Of a DNA stretch of 64,000 nt, positions 46,692-57,445 are shown piece after piece. Where the stretch lies: NCBI GenBank assembly GCA_963814585.1, contig CAWFDF010000003.1, forward strand, positions 384,001 to 448,000, given 5' to 3'. A program made the position numbers and the translations under genes. Position 1 is the stretch's first letter. Every line of letters starts with the position of its first letter. The notes under the pieces were generated by a model. The model did not search any database. It was not told the DNA's origin and was given only the letters and a program-made list of their open reading frames with translations. The DNA is from an uncultured delta proteobacterium. GTDB taxonomy: Bacteria; Myxococcota; Myxococcia; Myxococcales; Anaeromyxobacteraceae.

Positions 46692-48107
46692 TCACGCCGC
46701 CGGCCGCGGCTGGCCGGTGGACTGGTAGCGCCTCGCCATGGTGCGGAAGCCGAACGCCGCCGCCAGCATGAGGAGGGCGAAGAAGGCGAAGTAGGCGGCG
46801 CCCGAGAGCCGCACGAACTGGACCAGGAAGGTGAGCAGGTTGCCCAGGAAGACGGTGAGGAACCAGATCGACATGATGGTCGAGCGCATCGAGCGCGGCG
46901 CCTGGGTGTAGCTGAACTCCAGCCCGGTCACCGAGACCAGCACCTCGCCGGTGGTGAGCAGCAGGTACTGCGGGAACTGCCAGAGCAGGCCGGGAGGCTG
47001 GCCGCCGTCGACGCGCAGCTGCACCACCGCCGCGGCCACGAAGGAGAGGACGGTGAGGAACATGCCGGCGGTCATCTTGGAGAGCGGCGCCAGCGAGACG
47101 CCGCGGCGGGCCAGGGCCGGGAAGACCACCCAGGTGAAGAGCGGGACCAGCGCCATCACCAGGAACGGGTTGAGCGCCTGCAGCTGCGCGGCGTCCAGCT
47201 CGAACGGGCCGAGCGTCACGCCGCCCATGGTGAAGGGCCCGATGACGTTGACCAGCTGCTTCCCCTGCAGCACCCAGCTCGAGCCGGTCTGGTCGAAGAG
47301 CGCCCAGAAGACGGTGACGGCGCCGAAGACGCCCATGATGCGGAGCACGGCCCGGGCCCCGTCCACCGCCTCGGCCGGGTGGCGCTCCAGGGCGGTGTCG
47401 AGCCACCCCTGCCCGGCCCGGTGGGTGCCGAGCCGGCGGCCCGCCGACCAGAGGACGTTCAGGAAGCCGTGCGGGTTGGGGCCGCTGGGCGGGGCGCGGA
47501 CGTAGTGACGGGTGCCGGCCCAGAAGATCCAGGTGGCGATGGCCATGAAGACGCCGGGGATGGCGAAGGCCACCGCGGGGCCGTAGCGGCGAAGCAGCCA
47601 GGGGATGAGCAGCTTGGCGGTGGCCGAGCCGAGGTTGATGACCCAGTAGAACCAGCCGTAGACCTTCTGCATCAGCAGCTTCTGCTCGGGCCGGAACTGG
47701 TCGCCGACGAAGGCCGAGACGCACGGCTTGATGCCGCCGGAGCCGAGCGTGATGAGGATGAGCCCGGTGACGAAGCCGGCGCGGGTCTCCCAGAGCGCCA
47801 GCGTCAGGTGGCCGAGGACGTAGAAGAGCGAGATCCAGAGGATGGTCCGGTAGCGGCCCCAGAAGCGATCGGCGATCCACCCACCCAGCAGCGGGGTCAG
47901 GTAGGTCATCATCATGAAGAGGTGGTACCCCTCCTTGGCCTCCAGGTCGGGGTAGAGCAGGTACCCGGTCATGTAGACCACCAGCACCGAGCGCATCCCG
48001 TAGAAGGAGAAGCGCTCGCAGGCCTCGTTGCCCACGATGAACTTCACCTGCGGTGGATAGCGGTCGGCGGCGGCTTGGTTCATGCGCGGGTCTCCGGCCG
48101 GGGCCAT
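46692..48107 (-). CDS. POT/PTR-family oligopeptide:H+ symporter
   Basis: GNEACERFSFYG (ExxERFxYY), GSGGIKPCVSAFVGDQF, GLEFSYTQAP. Start may be 48083. Confidence 0.95.
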   Translation of the reverse strand: MAPAGDPRMNQAAADRYPPQVKFIVGNEACERFSFYGMRSVLVVYMTGYLLYPDLEAKEGYHLFMMMTYLTPLLGGWIADRFWGRYRTILWISLFYVLGHLTLALWETRAGFVTGLILITLGSGGIKPCVSAFVGDQFRPEQKLLMQKVYGWFYWVINLGSATAKLLIPWLLRRYGPAVAFAIPGVFMAIATWIFWAGTRHYVRAPPSGPNPHGFLNVLWSAGRRLGTHRAGQGWLDTALERHPAEAVDGARAVLRIMGVFGAVTVFWALFDQTGSSWVLQGKQLVNVIGPFTMGGVTLGPFELDAAQLQALNPFLVMALVPLFTWVVFPALARRGVSLAPLSKMTAGMFLTVLSFVAAAVVQLRVDGGQPPGLLWQFPQYLLLTTGEVLVSVTGLEFSYTQAPRSMRSTIMSIWFLTVFLGNLLTFLVQFVRLSGAAYFAFFALLMLAAAFGFRTMARRYQSTGQPRPAA

Positions 48108-48113
48108 GGCGGG

Positions 48114-49421
48114 TCAGGCCGCGGCGGGGCGGCGGGTGGCGTGCCAGGCCAGCGCCACCACCAGGAAGAGCACCGCCGCGCCCAGCATGAGCCAGGCGTA
48201 GAAGTGGTAGTACCCCACCCCCTGCCAGCGGTTGAGCCCGGCCACCACCGCCGCCAGCAGGCTGCCGCAGGAGATGGTCAGGAACCAGAGCCCCATCACC
48301 AGGCTCTTCAGCTGCGCCGGGGCCTGCGTGTAGGCGAACTCGAGCGCGGTGACGCTCACCAGCACCTCGCCGATCCCCATGAGCACGTACTGCGGCAGCT
48401 GCCAGGCGACGTGGGGGCGGCCGCCGGACTGCAGCTGCCCCTCCACCCAGGCGGCCGCCACGAAGGAGAGCCCGGCCACGAACATCCCCACCGACATCTT
48501 CCGGAGCGGGGTCACCGCCACGCCAGCGCGGACCACCGCCGGGTAGATCACCAGCGTGAAGAGCGGGATGAGCGTGAGCACCAGCACCGAGTTGAGCGTC
48601 TGGACCTGCCCGGTGGAGATCTCCAGGCCCGCCACCACGCGGTCCATCTTGTCCGCCTGGAGCGTCCAGGCCGAGCCGTACTGGAAGTACAGCGCCCAGA
48701 AGGCCGCCACCGGCGCGAAGATGAGGGCGATCCAGCCGATCGCCCCGGCCGCACCGAGCCGGGCCGGCGCCGCCCCGAGCGTGGCCGCCGCGCGCCGCGC
48801 CTCCACCGCGGGCGGCACGCGGAGGTACCGGCCGCGCCCCGCCCAGAACACCAGCAGCGCCAGGGCCATGGCCAGGCCGGGCACGCCGAAGGCGACCCGC
48901 GGGCCGTAGGCGTCGAAGAGCCAGGGGATGACCAGCGTCGAGCCGAACGACCCGAGGTTGATCATCCAGTAGTAGAGGTTGTAGACGCGCTCGACGGCCC
49001 GGTCGTCGCCGGCCCCGACCTGATCGGCGGCGAACGCCGAGGCGCAGGGCTTGATCCCGCCGGCGCCGATGGCGATGAGCGCCAGCCCGGCCACCAGCCC
49101 GGCCGGCCCCTCCCACAGGGCGATGGTGGCGTGGCCCGCCACGTACCCGAAGGAGAGCCAGAGGATGGTCCGGTAGCGTCCCCACAGGACGTCGGAGAGG
49201 AGCGCGCCGAGGATGGGCGTCAGGTAGACGCCGAAGACGAAGTACTGGTAGCCGGCGATGGCCTGGTTCTCGCCCAGGCCCAGGTTCCTCACCATGTGCA
49301 GGGTGAGGATCGAGGTCATCCCGTAGTAGGAGAAGCGCTCGGCGGCCTCGTTCCAGGCGAGGTACCAGATCTGCGACGGGAGGCGCGCGGCCGTGGAGGG
49401 CGTGCTCATGTGGGGCGGCAT
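48114..49421 (-). CDS. POT/PTR-family oligopeptide:H+ symporter (tandem paralog)
   Basis: WNEAAERFSYYG, GAGGIKPC, ALEFAYTQAP. Confidence 0.95.
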   Translation of the reverse strand: MPPHMSTPSTAARLPSQIWYLAWNEAAERFSYYGMTSILTLHMVRNLGLGENQAIAGYQYFVFGVYLTPILGALLSDVLWGRYRTILWLSFGYVAGHATIALWEGPAGLVAGLALIAIGAGGIKPCASAFAADQVGAGDDRAVERVYNLYYWMINLGSFGSTLVIPWLFDAYGPRVAFGVPGLAMALALLVFWAGRGRYLRVPPAVEARRAAATLGAAPARLGAAGAIGWIALIFAPVAAFWALYFQYGSAWTLQADKMDRVVAGLEISTGQVQTLNSVLVLTLIPLFTLVIYPAVVRAGVAVTPLRKMSVGMFVAGLSFVAAAWVEGQLQSGGRPHVAWQLPQYVLMGIGEVLVSVTALEFAYTQAPAQLKSLVMGLWFLTISCGSLLAAVVAGLNRWQGVGYYHFYAWLMLGAAVLFLVVALAWHATRRPAAA

Positions 49422-49501
49422 CCTGCCATACCTCGCCTTCCCAGGTGGTCCCGGACCGGGCGGGCCGGGAGGCGCGCCGGGGCTGGTAGACTCCTCCCCG
49501 C

Positions 49502-50974
49502 GTGCACGAACCGCTCGCCACCGCCCTGCTGCTCGCCGCCGCCGGGCTCCTGCTCGCCGCCGGGGTCCTGGTGAGCCGCACCTCCGGCCGGCTGGGCGTC
49601 CCGGCCGCGCTGCTCTTCCTCGCCGTCGGCATGCTGGCCGGCGAGGACGGCCTCGGCGGGATCCGCTTCGGCGATTACGCGCTCACCTTCCGGCTCGGGA
49701 CCGTGGCGCTGGTGATGATCCTCTTCGACGGCGGGCTCAACACGCCGTTCAGCAGCCTGCGGGGGGCGCTGGCGCCGTCGGCGGTGCTGGCGACGGCCGG
49801 CGTGGTCGGCACTGCGGCGCTGGCGGCGCTGGCGGCCTCCGTCGTCGGCCTGCCCTGGCCCCAGGCCATGATCTTCGGCGCGGTGGTGTCGTCCACCGAC
49901 GCCGCCGCGGTCTTCTCGGTGCTGCGCGGCGGCGGCGTGTCGCTGCGGGCCCGGGTGGGCCGGGTGCTGGAGCTGGAGTCGGGGCTCAACGACCCCATGG
50001 CGGTCATCCTCACCCTCTCGCTGACCGCCGCCGCCAGCCGCGCCGAGCCGCCCGGCTGGGGGCTGGCGCTGGAGGTGCTGCTGCAGCTGGCGGTCGGAGC
50101 GGCGGGTGGCGCGGCCATCGGCTGGGCCGGCCGGCTGGTGATGAACCGGGCCCGCCTCTCCGCCGCCGGCCTCTACCCGGTCCTCTCCCTGGCCCTGGCC
50201 ATGCTGGCCTTCGGCGTCCCATCGCTGCTGTGGGGCTCCGGCTTCCTCGCCGTCTACGTCGCCGCCATGGTGATCGGCGCCGGCCCGATCCCCTACCTGC
50301 CCGGCCTGCGCCGGGTCCACGACGCCATCGCCTGGTTCAGCCAGGTGGCGATGTTCCTGCTGCTCGGGCTGCTGGCCTTCCCGAGCCGGGTCATGGCCCA
50401 GGCCTGGACCGGCCTGCTGATCGGCCTCCTGCTGGCGGTGGTGGCCCGGCCGGTGGTGGTGGCGGCCTGCCTGCTACCCTTCGGCTTCACCCGGCGCGAG
50501 GTGCTCTACATCGCCTGGGTCGGGCTGCGCGGCGCCGTCCCCATCATCCTGGCCTGCTACCCGGTGCTGGAGGGCGTGCCCGGCGCCGCCGGCATCTTCG
50601 ACCTGGTCTTCTTCGTGGTGCTGGTGAGCACGGCGCTGCAGGGCGGGAGCGCGCGGTGGCTGTCGCGCCGGCTCGGGCTCGAGGAGCCGGCACCACCCGC
50701 GCCGCGGGCCGTGCTCGAGCTGGTGAGCACCCAGCCCCTCACCGGGGAGATGATGGTCTTCCAGATCGCCCCGGCCAGCGCCGTGGCCGGGGCCCGCATC
50801 TCCGACCTCCCGCTGCCCCCCGGCGCGGCGGTGATGCTGGTGCTGCGGGGGCGCCAGCTGGTGCCGGCGCGCGGCCGCACCGAGCTGACGCCCGGCGACC
50901 ATGTCTACGTCTCGGCCTCGCCCGACGACGCGGCGCTGGTCCGGCTCCTCTTCGGCCAGGCCGAGGAGGCCTAG
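49502..50974 (+). CDS. K+/H+ antiporter (NhaP2/CvrA-like) with TrkA_C domain
   Basis: ILFDGGL, SSTDAAAVF, LESGLNDPMAV, VGLRGAVPIILA. Confidence 0.92.
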   Translation: MHEPLATALLLAAAGLLLAAGVLVSRTSGRLGVPAALLFLAVGMLAGEDGLGGIRFGDYALTFRLGTVALVMILFDGGLNTPFSSLRGALAPSAVLATAGVVGTAALAALAASVVGLPWPQAMIFGAVVSSTDAAAVFSVLRGGGVSLRARVGRVLELESGLNDPMAVILTLSLTAAASRAEPPGWGLALEVLLQLAVGAAGGAAIGWAGRLVMNRARLSAAGLYPVLSLALAMLAFGVPSLLWGSGFLAVYVAAMVIGAGPIPYLPGLRRVHDAIAWFSQVAMFLLLGLLAFPSRVMAQAWTGLLIGLLLAVVARPVVVAACLLPFGFTRREVLYIAWVGLRGAVPIILACYPVLEGVPGAAGIFDLVFFVVLVSTALQGGSARWLSRRLGLEEPAPPAPRAVLELVSTQPLTGEMMVFQIAPASAVAGARISDLPLPPGAAVMLVLRGRQLVPARGRTELTPGDHVYVSASPDDAALVRLLFGQAEEA

Positions 50975-50980
50975 ATCCAC

Positions 50981-52001
50981 ATGAAGAGGTTCCAGGTGGT
51001 GATGAGCGAGATGCCGGGCCACGGGCGCGGCGTCAGCGGACGCACCCTGGTCAAGTTCCTCCGCACCTACGCCGGCCTCGGCGCGGTCGGCTGCTGCTCG
51101 GCCGCCGACCTGCTGCGGGGCGCCGCGGTGAGCGCCGAGACCGTGTTCCTCGGCCTCCCCAGCCCGGTCACCGACCGCCACCTGGCCCGGCTGCGCTGCC
51201 GCCACCTGGTGCTCTTCGATCTCTTCGACCACCACTACCCGCTCTGGAGCGAGGCCAACCAGGCGCTGCTGCGGGGGGCGTCCGGCCTCTACCTGAAGGC
51301 CTGGAACGACCGGCGCTGGGACTTCGGGATCAGGATGGGGGTCGGGCCGATCCGCCGCTACGCCAAGCTGCGGGTGGCGCTGGAGCTGGGCCGGCTGCGC
51401 CGCGCCCTGGGCCGGCCCTCGCCTCGCCCATCGCTTCGACGTGCTCTTCCTCGGGGCCGCCACCGGGCGCGATCCGCGAGGCCAGGATCCGGCGCTGGTG
51501 CCCAACCAGCGAGTCCAGTGGCTGCTGGAGCTCCGCGACCACGGCCCCCGGCTGCGGCTCTGGGGCGGGCTCCTGGAGCCGACCATCTCGCCCGAGCTGC
51601 GGGCGCGGCACGGCGACCTCACGGGCTTCACGCTCCGCGAGAAGGTGCCGTTCTGGAGGTACTTCCGGGCGCTGCAGCAGAGCCGCGTGGCCCTGACGCC
51701 GGAGGGGAACGCCCCGTGGTCGTACCGGCACTACGAGGCCATCTACGCCCGTGCCCTGATCGTCACCAACGACTTCCGGCCCATCACCACGCTCATCCCG
51801 CTCCCCGACGAGGGGATGATCCACGTCGAGCCGCACCAGCCGGTGCTGCCGGCCATCGAGCGGGCCCTGGCCCTCCGGCGCGAGCGGCCGGAGGTGCTGG
51901 AGGAGAACGTCCGGTTCCTGGAGCGCTTCCTCGACCGCGGGATGTACTCCCGGAGGAGGCCCGCGCTCTGGGAGCGGTTCCTGGCCCAGCTGCCGCGCTG
52001 A
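50981..52001 (+). CDS. Putative glycosyltransferase-like protein split by a +1 frameshift near 51416-51430
   Basis: The first frame is protein-like up to LGRP; the +1 frame continues HRFDVLFLGAATG..NQRVQW..YFRALQQSRVALTPEGN..YRHYEAI, resembling a GT-B C-terminal domain. Confidence 0.6.
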
Positions 52002-52037
52002 CGCCGCGGCGCCACCCCGGGGCGCCCGGGGCTGGCG

Positions 52038-52418
52038 CTACGGCCCCGGCGGGGCGCGCAGAGCCGCCACCGCCAGCAGCACCCACCCGGCAACGAAGGC
52101 CACGCCGCCGAGCGGCGTGATGGCGCCGAGCCACCTGACCCCGGTCAGCGCCAGCGCGTACAGGCTGCCGGAGAAGAGGACGGTGCCGGCCACCAGCAGC
52201 CCCCCGCCCCAGCTGGCCGCGGCGCCGCTCCAGCGGGCGGCGGCCCAGGCGGCGGCCAGCAGGCCGAGCGCGGCGTACATCTGGTAGCGGGCGCCGGTCT
52301 CGAAGACCGCCAGCGCCTCCGGGGCGAGCCGGGCCTTGAGCCCGTGGGCGGCGAAGGCGCCGGTGCCCACGGCGACGGCGGCGGAGAGGGCGCCGGCTGC
52401 GAAGAGGAGTCGATCCAT
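52038..52418 (-). CDS. DUF423 (YgdD/TMEM256) membrane protein
   Basis: GAFAAHGL, FETGARYQMY, LFSGSLY, GAITPLGG. Confidence 0.93.
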   Translation of the reverse strand: MDRLLFAAGALSAAVAVGTGAFAAHGLKARLAPEALAVFETGARYQMYAALGLLAAAWAAARWSGAAASWGGGLLVAGTVLFSGSLYALALTGVRWLGAITPLGGVAFVAGWVLLAVAALRAPPGP

Positions 52419-52512
52419 GCGACCCATCCTAGCGGCGTCCTGCGCCAGGCGCACTCCGACCACCGCCCCGGCGCGGGCTTGCGCCAGGCCTGGCGCCGCT
52501 TATGAAGGAGGC

Positions 52513-52854
52513 ATGCCGCTCGCCGATCGCCACTGCGCCCGCTGGCCCAAGGGCCGGCCGCCGCTCACCGAGACCGAGGTGGCCGCGGCGCTCCGCGAGC
52601 TGCCGGGCTGGGCGGCGGCCGAGCGCGCCACCCGCCTGGTTCGCCGCTTCACCTTCGCCGACTTCCGCGGCGCCATGCGCTTCGTGGGCGCCATGGCCGA
52701 GCTGGCCAACGCCGAGGACCACCACCCCGACTTCGCGGTCCACTGGAACGTGGTCGAGGTGACGAGCTGGACCCACGACGCCGGTGGCCTCACCGACAAC
52801 GACCTCATCCTGGCGGCCCGCCTCGACGCCCTCCCCGAGGCCCGCCAGGCGTGA
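52513..52854 (+). CDS. Pterin-4-alpha-carbinolamine dehydratase
   Basis: AAGGAGG RBS; FTFADF, EDHHPD, WTHDAGGLTDNDLILAA. Confidence 0.93.
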   Translation: MPLADRHCARWPKGRPPLTETEVAAALRELPGWAAAERATRLVRRFTFADFRGAMRFVGAMAELANAEDHHPDFAVHWNVVEVTSWTHDAGGLTDNDLILAARLDALPEARQA

Positions 52855-52944
52855 GGCGCCGGCCCGGGCCGGGTCCCGGACGCCGGCGCCGGATCCCCCA
52901 CCCCGGGCTGGCGTCCGCCCCGCCCTGGCGCTACAGAGTCCGAC

Positions 52945-54147
52945 GTGCCTCGAGTCGCCACCTTCCTCGTCTTCCTCGCCGTGGCCATCGCCATCCTCGG
53001 TGGCATGCACGGCTACATCTGGCTCAGGCTGGTCCGCGACCCCTCGCTCCCCGAGCCCTGGCGCCGGGGGCTGACCTGGGTCCTGCTCGGGGCCGGGCTC
53101 CTCATCCCGCTCGGCCTCTTCGCGGCCCGGATGGCCGGGCGCGCCTGGATCCGGGTCATCCCCACTGCGGCCTTCGCCTGGATGGGGCTGGCCTTCCTGC
53201 TCTTCGCCACGCTGCTGGCCATCGACCTGGTCCGCGCCGGCGCCTGGGCCTCGGCCTGGATCTCCGACTGGTTCCGCCAGATCCCCGAGCAGCCGCCCGA
53301 TCCGTCCCGGCGGCAGTTCGTGGCCCGCGCCGTGGCGGGTGGCGCGGCGCTGGCCGCCGGCGGCGCCGGCCTGGTCGCCTATCGCGGCGCCACCGGACCG
53401 GCCGTGATCGAGGAGGTCGCCATCCGGCTGCCCTCGCTCCCGCCCACCCTCTCGGGCTTCTCCATCGCCCAGATCACCGACCTGCACGTGGGCCCGACCA
53501 TCCGCGAGTTCGAGGTGCGGCGGGTGGTGGAGCAGACCAACGCGCTCAAGCCGGATCTCATCGCCATCACCGGCGACCTCATGGACGGGACGCCGCGCGA
53601 GCTGGGCCACATCGTCGCCGAGCTGGCCAGGCTGAAGGCCCGTCACGGCGTCTACTTCGTCACCGGCAACCACGAGTACTACTCGGGCGTCGAGGCCTGG
53701 CTGGAGCTGCTGCCCCGGCTGGGCATCCGCCCGCTGCGGAACGAGCAGCTGGCCATCGGCGACGGGGGCGGCCACTTCACGCTGGCAGGCGTCGACGACT
53801 GGAGCGCCGCGCCGTTCGGCAACGGCCACGGGATGGACCTGGGGCGGGCGGTGGCCGGCCACGACGGCCAGCGGCCGCTGGTGCTGCTGGCCCACCAGCC
53901 GCGCGACTTCCAGGCCTCGCTGCGGGCCGGCGTCGACCTGCAGCTCTCCGGTCACACCCATGGGGGCCAGCTGTTCCCGTTCAACTATGCGGTCCGGGCC
54001 GTGTTCCCCTGGGTGAAGGGGCTCTACCAGGAGACCGTGGACGGGCGCCTCGGCCACATCTACGTCTCCCGCGGCACCGGCTACTGGGGTCCCCCCATGA
54101 GGCTCGGGTCGCCGCCGGAAATATCCAAGCTGATCCTGACGTCATAG
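52945..54147 (+). CDS. Membrane metallophosphoesterase (YkuE-like)
   Basis: QITDLH, TGDLMD, TGNHEYY, LLAHQP, LSGHTHGGQ, YVSRGTG; internal SRRQF motif after three TMs. Confidence 0.93.
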   Translation: MPRVATFLVFLAVAIAILGGMHGYIWLRLVRDPSLPEPWRRGLTWVLLGAGLLIPLGLFAARMAGRAWIRVIPTAAFAWMGLAFLLFATLLAIDLVRAGAWASAWISDWFRQIPEQPPDPSRRQFVARAVAGGAALAAGGAGLVAYRGATGPAVIEEVAIRLPSLPPTLSGFSIAQITDLHVGPTIREFEVRRVVEQTNALKPDLIAITGDLMDGTPRELGHIVAELARLKARHGVYFVTGNHEYYSGVEAWLELLPRLGIRPLRNEQLAIGDGGGHFTLAGVDDWSAAPFGNGHGMDLGRAVAGHDGQRPLVLLAHQPRDFQASLRAGVDLQLSGHTHGGQLFPFNYAVRAVFPWVKGLYQETVDGRLGHIYVSRGTGYWGPPMRLGSPPEISKLILTS

Positions 54148-54151
54148 ATTG

Positions 54152-55045
54152 ATGACCATGTCCGGTTCGACGCTGGCCGTCGCTCTTGCGTTCGTCCTGG
54201 GGCGCGTCGCGGAACCCACGCCGCTCCCGGCCGCGCCCGCGCCCGGGGCCACGCTGGCGGCCACGCCCGCACCCGAGGCCACCCTGGCGGCCGCGCCCGC
54301 GCCCGTTCCGTGGCACCCCGAGGAGCGGATGGACTTCGAGGTCCATTACCTCGGCTTCACCATCGGCAAGTCACGCATGTCGGTGGGGCGCATCGAGGAC
54401 GGGGCCGTGCAGGTGGAGCTCGCCTCGGGCCCCGCCGGCATGACGTCGGCGCTCAGCTTCCACCAGACCCTGCAGAGCAACGTCGACCTCGCCACCCTCC
54501 TGCCCCGCTCGACGCTGCACGACGCCTCGGAGCCGGGGGGCTACAAGCACACCGACACCGCCCGCTACGACCGCGCCGCCGGCAAGGCCACGGTCCGGGA
54601 GAAGGGCCGGTTCGACAACACCTACGAGATCGAGGTGCCGCCCGACGCGCTCGACTTCGTGACCCTGGTCTTCCGCCTGCGGACGCTGCCGCTCCCCGAC
54701 GGCGCCACCCACTCCTTCCAGGTGCTGGCCGGGCGGAAGGTCAGGACCGTGGTGGCCTCGGTGGTGAAGCGCGAGCGGGTCAAGACCGACGCCGGGAAGT
54801 TCGCGGCCATCAAGGTGCGGATCCCCACCCGCTTCGACGGCAAGTTCAACGAGAAGTCCCCCACCCACGTCTGGTTCAGCGACGATGAGCGGCGCGTGCT
54901 GGTCAAGCTCAGCGTCGACTTCGCCGTCGGGTCGGGCTACGCCGAGCTGGTCCGCTACCGGCCCGGCGAGCCGGTCACCGCGCCGGCGATGGTGCCGGCG
55001 GGCGACCCGGCCTCCCCCGCGCCGGACGCCGCGCCCACGCCGTAG
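54152..55045 (+). CDS. DUF3108-like secreted protein
   Basis: Signal peptide; ERMDFEVHYLG, VKTDAGKFAAIKV, VWFSDDERRVLVK. Confidence 0.75.
   Translation: MTMSGSTLAVALAFVLGRVAEPTPLPAAPAPGATLAATPAPEATLAAAPAPVPWHPEERMDFEVHYLGFTIGKSRMSVGRIEDGAVQVELASGPAGMTSALSFHQTLQSNVDLATLLPRSTLHDASEPGGYKHTDTARYDRAAGKATVREKGRFDNTYEIEVPPDALDFVTLVFRLRTLPLPDGATHSFQVLAGRKVRTVVASVVKRERVKTDAGKFAAIKVRIPTRFDGKFNEKSPTHVWFSDDERRVLVKLSVDFAVGSGYAELVRYRPGEPVTAPAMVPAGDPASPAPDAAPTP
54229..54305 (+). repeat. 30-nt coding tandem repeat (~2.5 copies)
   Basis: AAPAPGATLA / ATPAPEATLA / AAPAP. Confidence 0.75.
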
Positions 55046-55097
55046 CCGGCGCGCCCCCGCTTTCTCGGCGCTCGCCGCGGCGGTACCATGCCGGCCG

Positions 55098-55238
55098 ATG
55101 AACCGCCGCGCCAGCGCCACCCTGCTCGCCGTGCTCGCCGCCGCGCTGGCCGTCACGCTCTGGCTGGTGGCGGAGCTGAGGACCGCGGCCGGCTCCGCGG
55201 GACCGCCACCGGCCACCGCTCCTGGCGCGTCGCGCTGA
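55098..55238 (+). CDS. Small single-TM protein (46 aa)
   Basis: MNRRASATLLAVLAAALAVTLWLVAELRTAAG...; fills the intergenic gap. Confidence 0.4.
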   Translation: MNRRASATLLAVLAAALAVTLWLVAELRTAAGSAGPPPATAPGASR

Positions 55239-55254
55239 TCCGCGCCGGCTCCCC

Positions 55255-56067
<813 letters not shown>

Positions 56068-56100
56068 GGGCCCAGGATATCGTCGGTCGGACGCATTCCG

Positions 56101-56131
56101 TGAATCCACCGGGCGGGGGAGCGGCGTCCAA
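56101..56131 (+). promoter_or_regulatory. Candidate ECF-sigma promoter (TGAATC...CGTC)
   Basis: TGAATCCACCGGGCGGGGGAGCGGCGTCCAA, about 45 bp upstream of the operon containing the ECF sigma. Confidence 0.5.
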
Positions 56132-56173
56132 GGGGGTGAACCGGCACTCCCGGCCGGCAAGGAGCGCGAACCG

Positions 56174-56557
56174 ATGCAACTCCACGAGACCGTCGTCGCC
56201 GTCCTCATCCCGCTGGGCGCCTTCTTCATGGCCGTCGCCATCGTCGCCCTGGTGGGCTACTTCAACCACCAGGAGCGCAAGCAGCGCCACGAGACCATCC
56301 GGCTGGCGCTGGAGAAGGGCCAGACCCTCCCGGCCGAGCTGCTGGCGCCTGCCCGCGGTTCCGGCAACGAGCTCGCCCGGGGGATCCGGACCATCTTCGC
56401 GGGCCTCGGGGTGGCGGTGCTCATGTGGTTCCTTCGGCCGGATCGGTCGCTCTGGGCCATCGGCCTGCTGGTGATCCTGGTCGGCATGGGCCAGCTGGCC
56501 GCCCACGCGGTCACCACCCGGAGGCCCCGCGGCCCGACCACCGGCCCCACCGCCTGA
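56174..56557 (+). CDS. Small membrane protein (DUF6249-like), first gene of the ECF operon
   Basis: AAGGAG RBS; TM, RHETIRLALEKGQTLP, then two TMs. Confidence 0.8.
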   Translation: MQLHETVVAVLIPLGAFFMAVAIVALVGYFNHQERKQRHETIRLALEKGQTLPAELLAPARGSGNELARGIRTIFAGLGVAVLMWFLRPDRSLWAIGLLVILVGMGQLAAHAVTTRRPRGPTTGPTA

Positions 56558-56564
56558 TGACCTG

Positions 56565-57101
56565 ATGGTGAGCGCCCCGTCCGACGCCGAGCTGGCCGCG
56601 CGCGTCCTCGCCGAGGACGATCGCCGCGCCTTCGCCGAGCTGGTGCGCCGCCACCAGTCGGCGGTGCGCGGCCTGCTGCGCCGGCTCACGGGCGGGGACG
56701 CCGCGGCGGCCGACGACCTGGCGCAGCAGGTCTTCGTGACCGCCTGGCGCAAGCTCGCGACCTGGCGCGGCGGCGCCCGGCTCTCGACGTGGCTCTACCG
56801 GATCGCCTGGAACGCCTGGGCCTCCCAGGCACGGCGCGCGCCGCCGGCGGAGCCGCCGCCGCCCGAGCCGGCCCGCCCCACCGACGACGCGGTGCTCGAC
56901 CACCGCGACCTGGCCCGCGCCCTCGCGCAGCTGCGCCCCGAGGAGCGGGTGGCGCTGGCCGTCACCTACGGCCAGGAGCTGACCCACGAGGAGGCGGCCG
57001 ACCTGCTCGGCTGCCCGGTGGGCACGCTCAAGTCCAACGTGCTGCGCGGCAAGGAGAAGCTCCGGCGCCTGCTGGTGCCGGAGCCGGAGGCGACCGCATG
57101 A
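56565..57101 (+). CDS. ECF RNA polymerase sigma factor
   Basis: AFAELVRRHQ, ADDLAQQVF, STWLYRIAWN, EEAADLLGCPVGTLKS. Confidence 0.95.
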   Translation: MVSAPSDAELAARVLAEDDRRAFAELVRRHQSAVRGLLRRLTGGDAAAADDLAQQVFVTAWRKLATWRGGARLSTWLYRIAWNAWASQARRAPPAEPPPPEPARPTDDAVLDHRDLARALAQLRPEERVALAVTYGQELTHEEAADLLGCPVGTLKSNVLRGKEKLRRLLVPEPEATA

Positions 57102-57445
57102 ACCGCGACCCCATCGACCGCCTGCTGGATGACCCCACCCCGCTCCCCGACGACGGCTTCACCTCGCGCGTCATGGCGGCGCTCCCGCCCGCCCGCCCCG
57201 CCTCCCGGCGGCTCGAGTGGTGGCTGGTGGTGCTGGCGGCCGCCGTCGGCGCCGCCGCGCTGGCGCCCGAGGCCACCGCGCTGGGGCAGGCCATGGCCGA
57301 CGGCTCGGCCCGGCTCGGCGGCGGGCTGGCCAGGGCGCTGGCGGCGGGCGGCGGGGCGCTTCCGGTCGAGGCCGGGCTGCTGGCGGCGGTGGTGGCCCTC
57401 GGCGCCGCCGCGCTCGGCAGCTGGCTGGTGGCCGAGCCCGGCTAG
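57098..57445 (+). CDS. Putative membrane anti-sigma factor
   Basis: ATGA overlap with the sigma gene; PDDGFTSRVMAALP followed by TMs. Confidence 0.7.
   Translation: MNRDPIDRLLDDPTPLPDDGFTSRVMAALPPARPASRRLEWWLVVLAAAVGAAALAPEATALGQAMADGSARLGGGLARALAAGGGALPVEAGLLAAVVALGAAALGSWLVAEPG

Noticed and set aside
53290..53385. Internal twin-arginine motif (SRRQF) in the metallophosphoesterase
   Set aside because: Real, but internal Tat motifs after TM helices are already known for this family; not novel.
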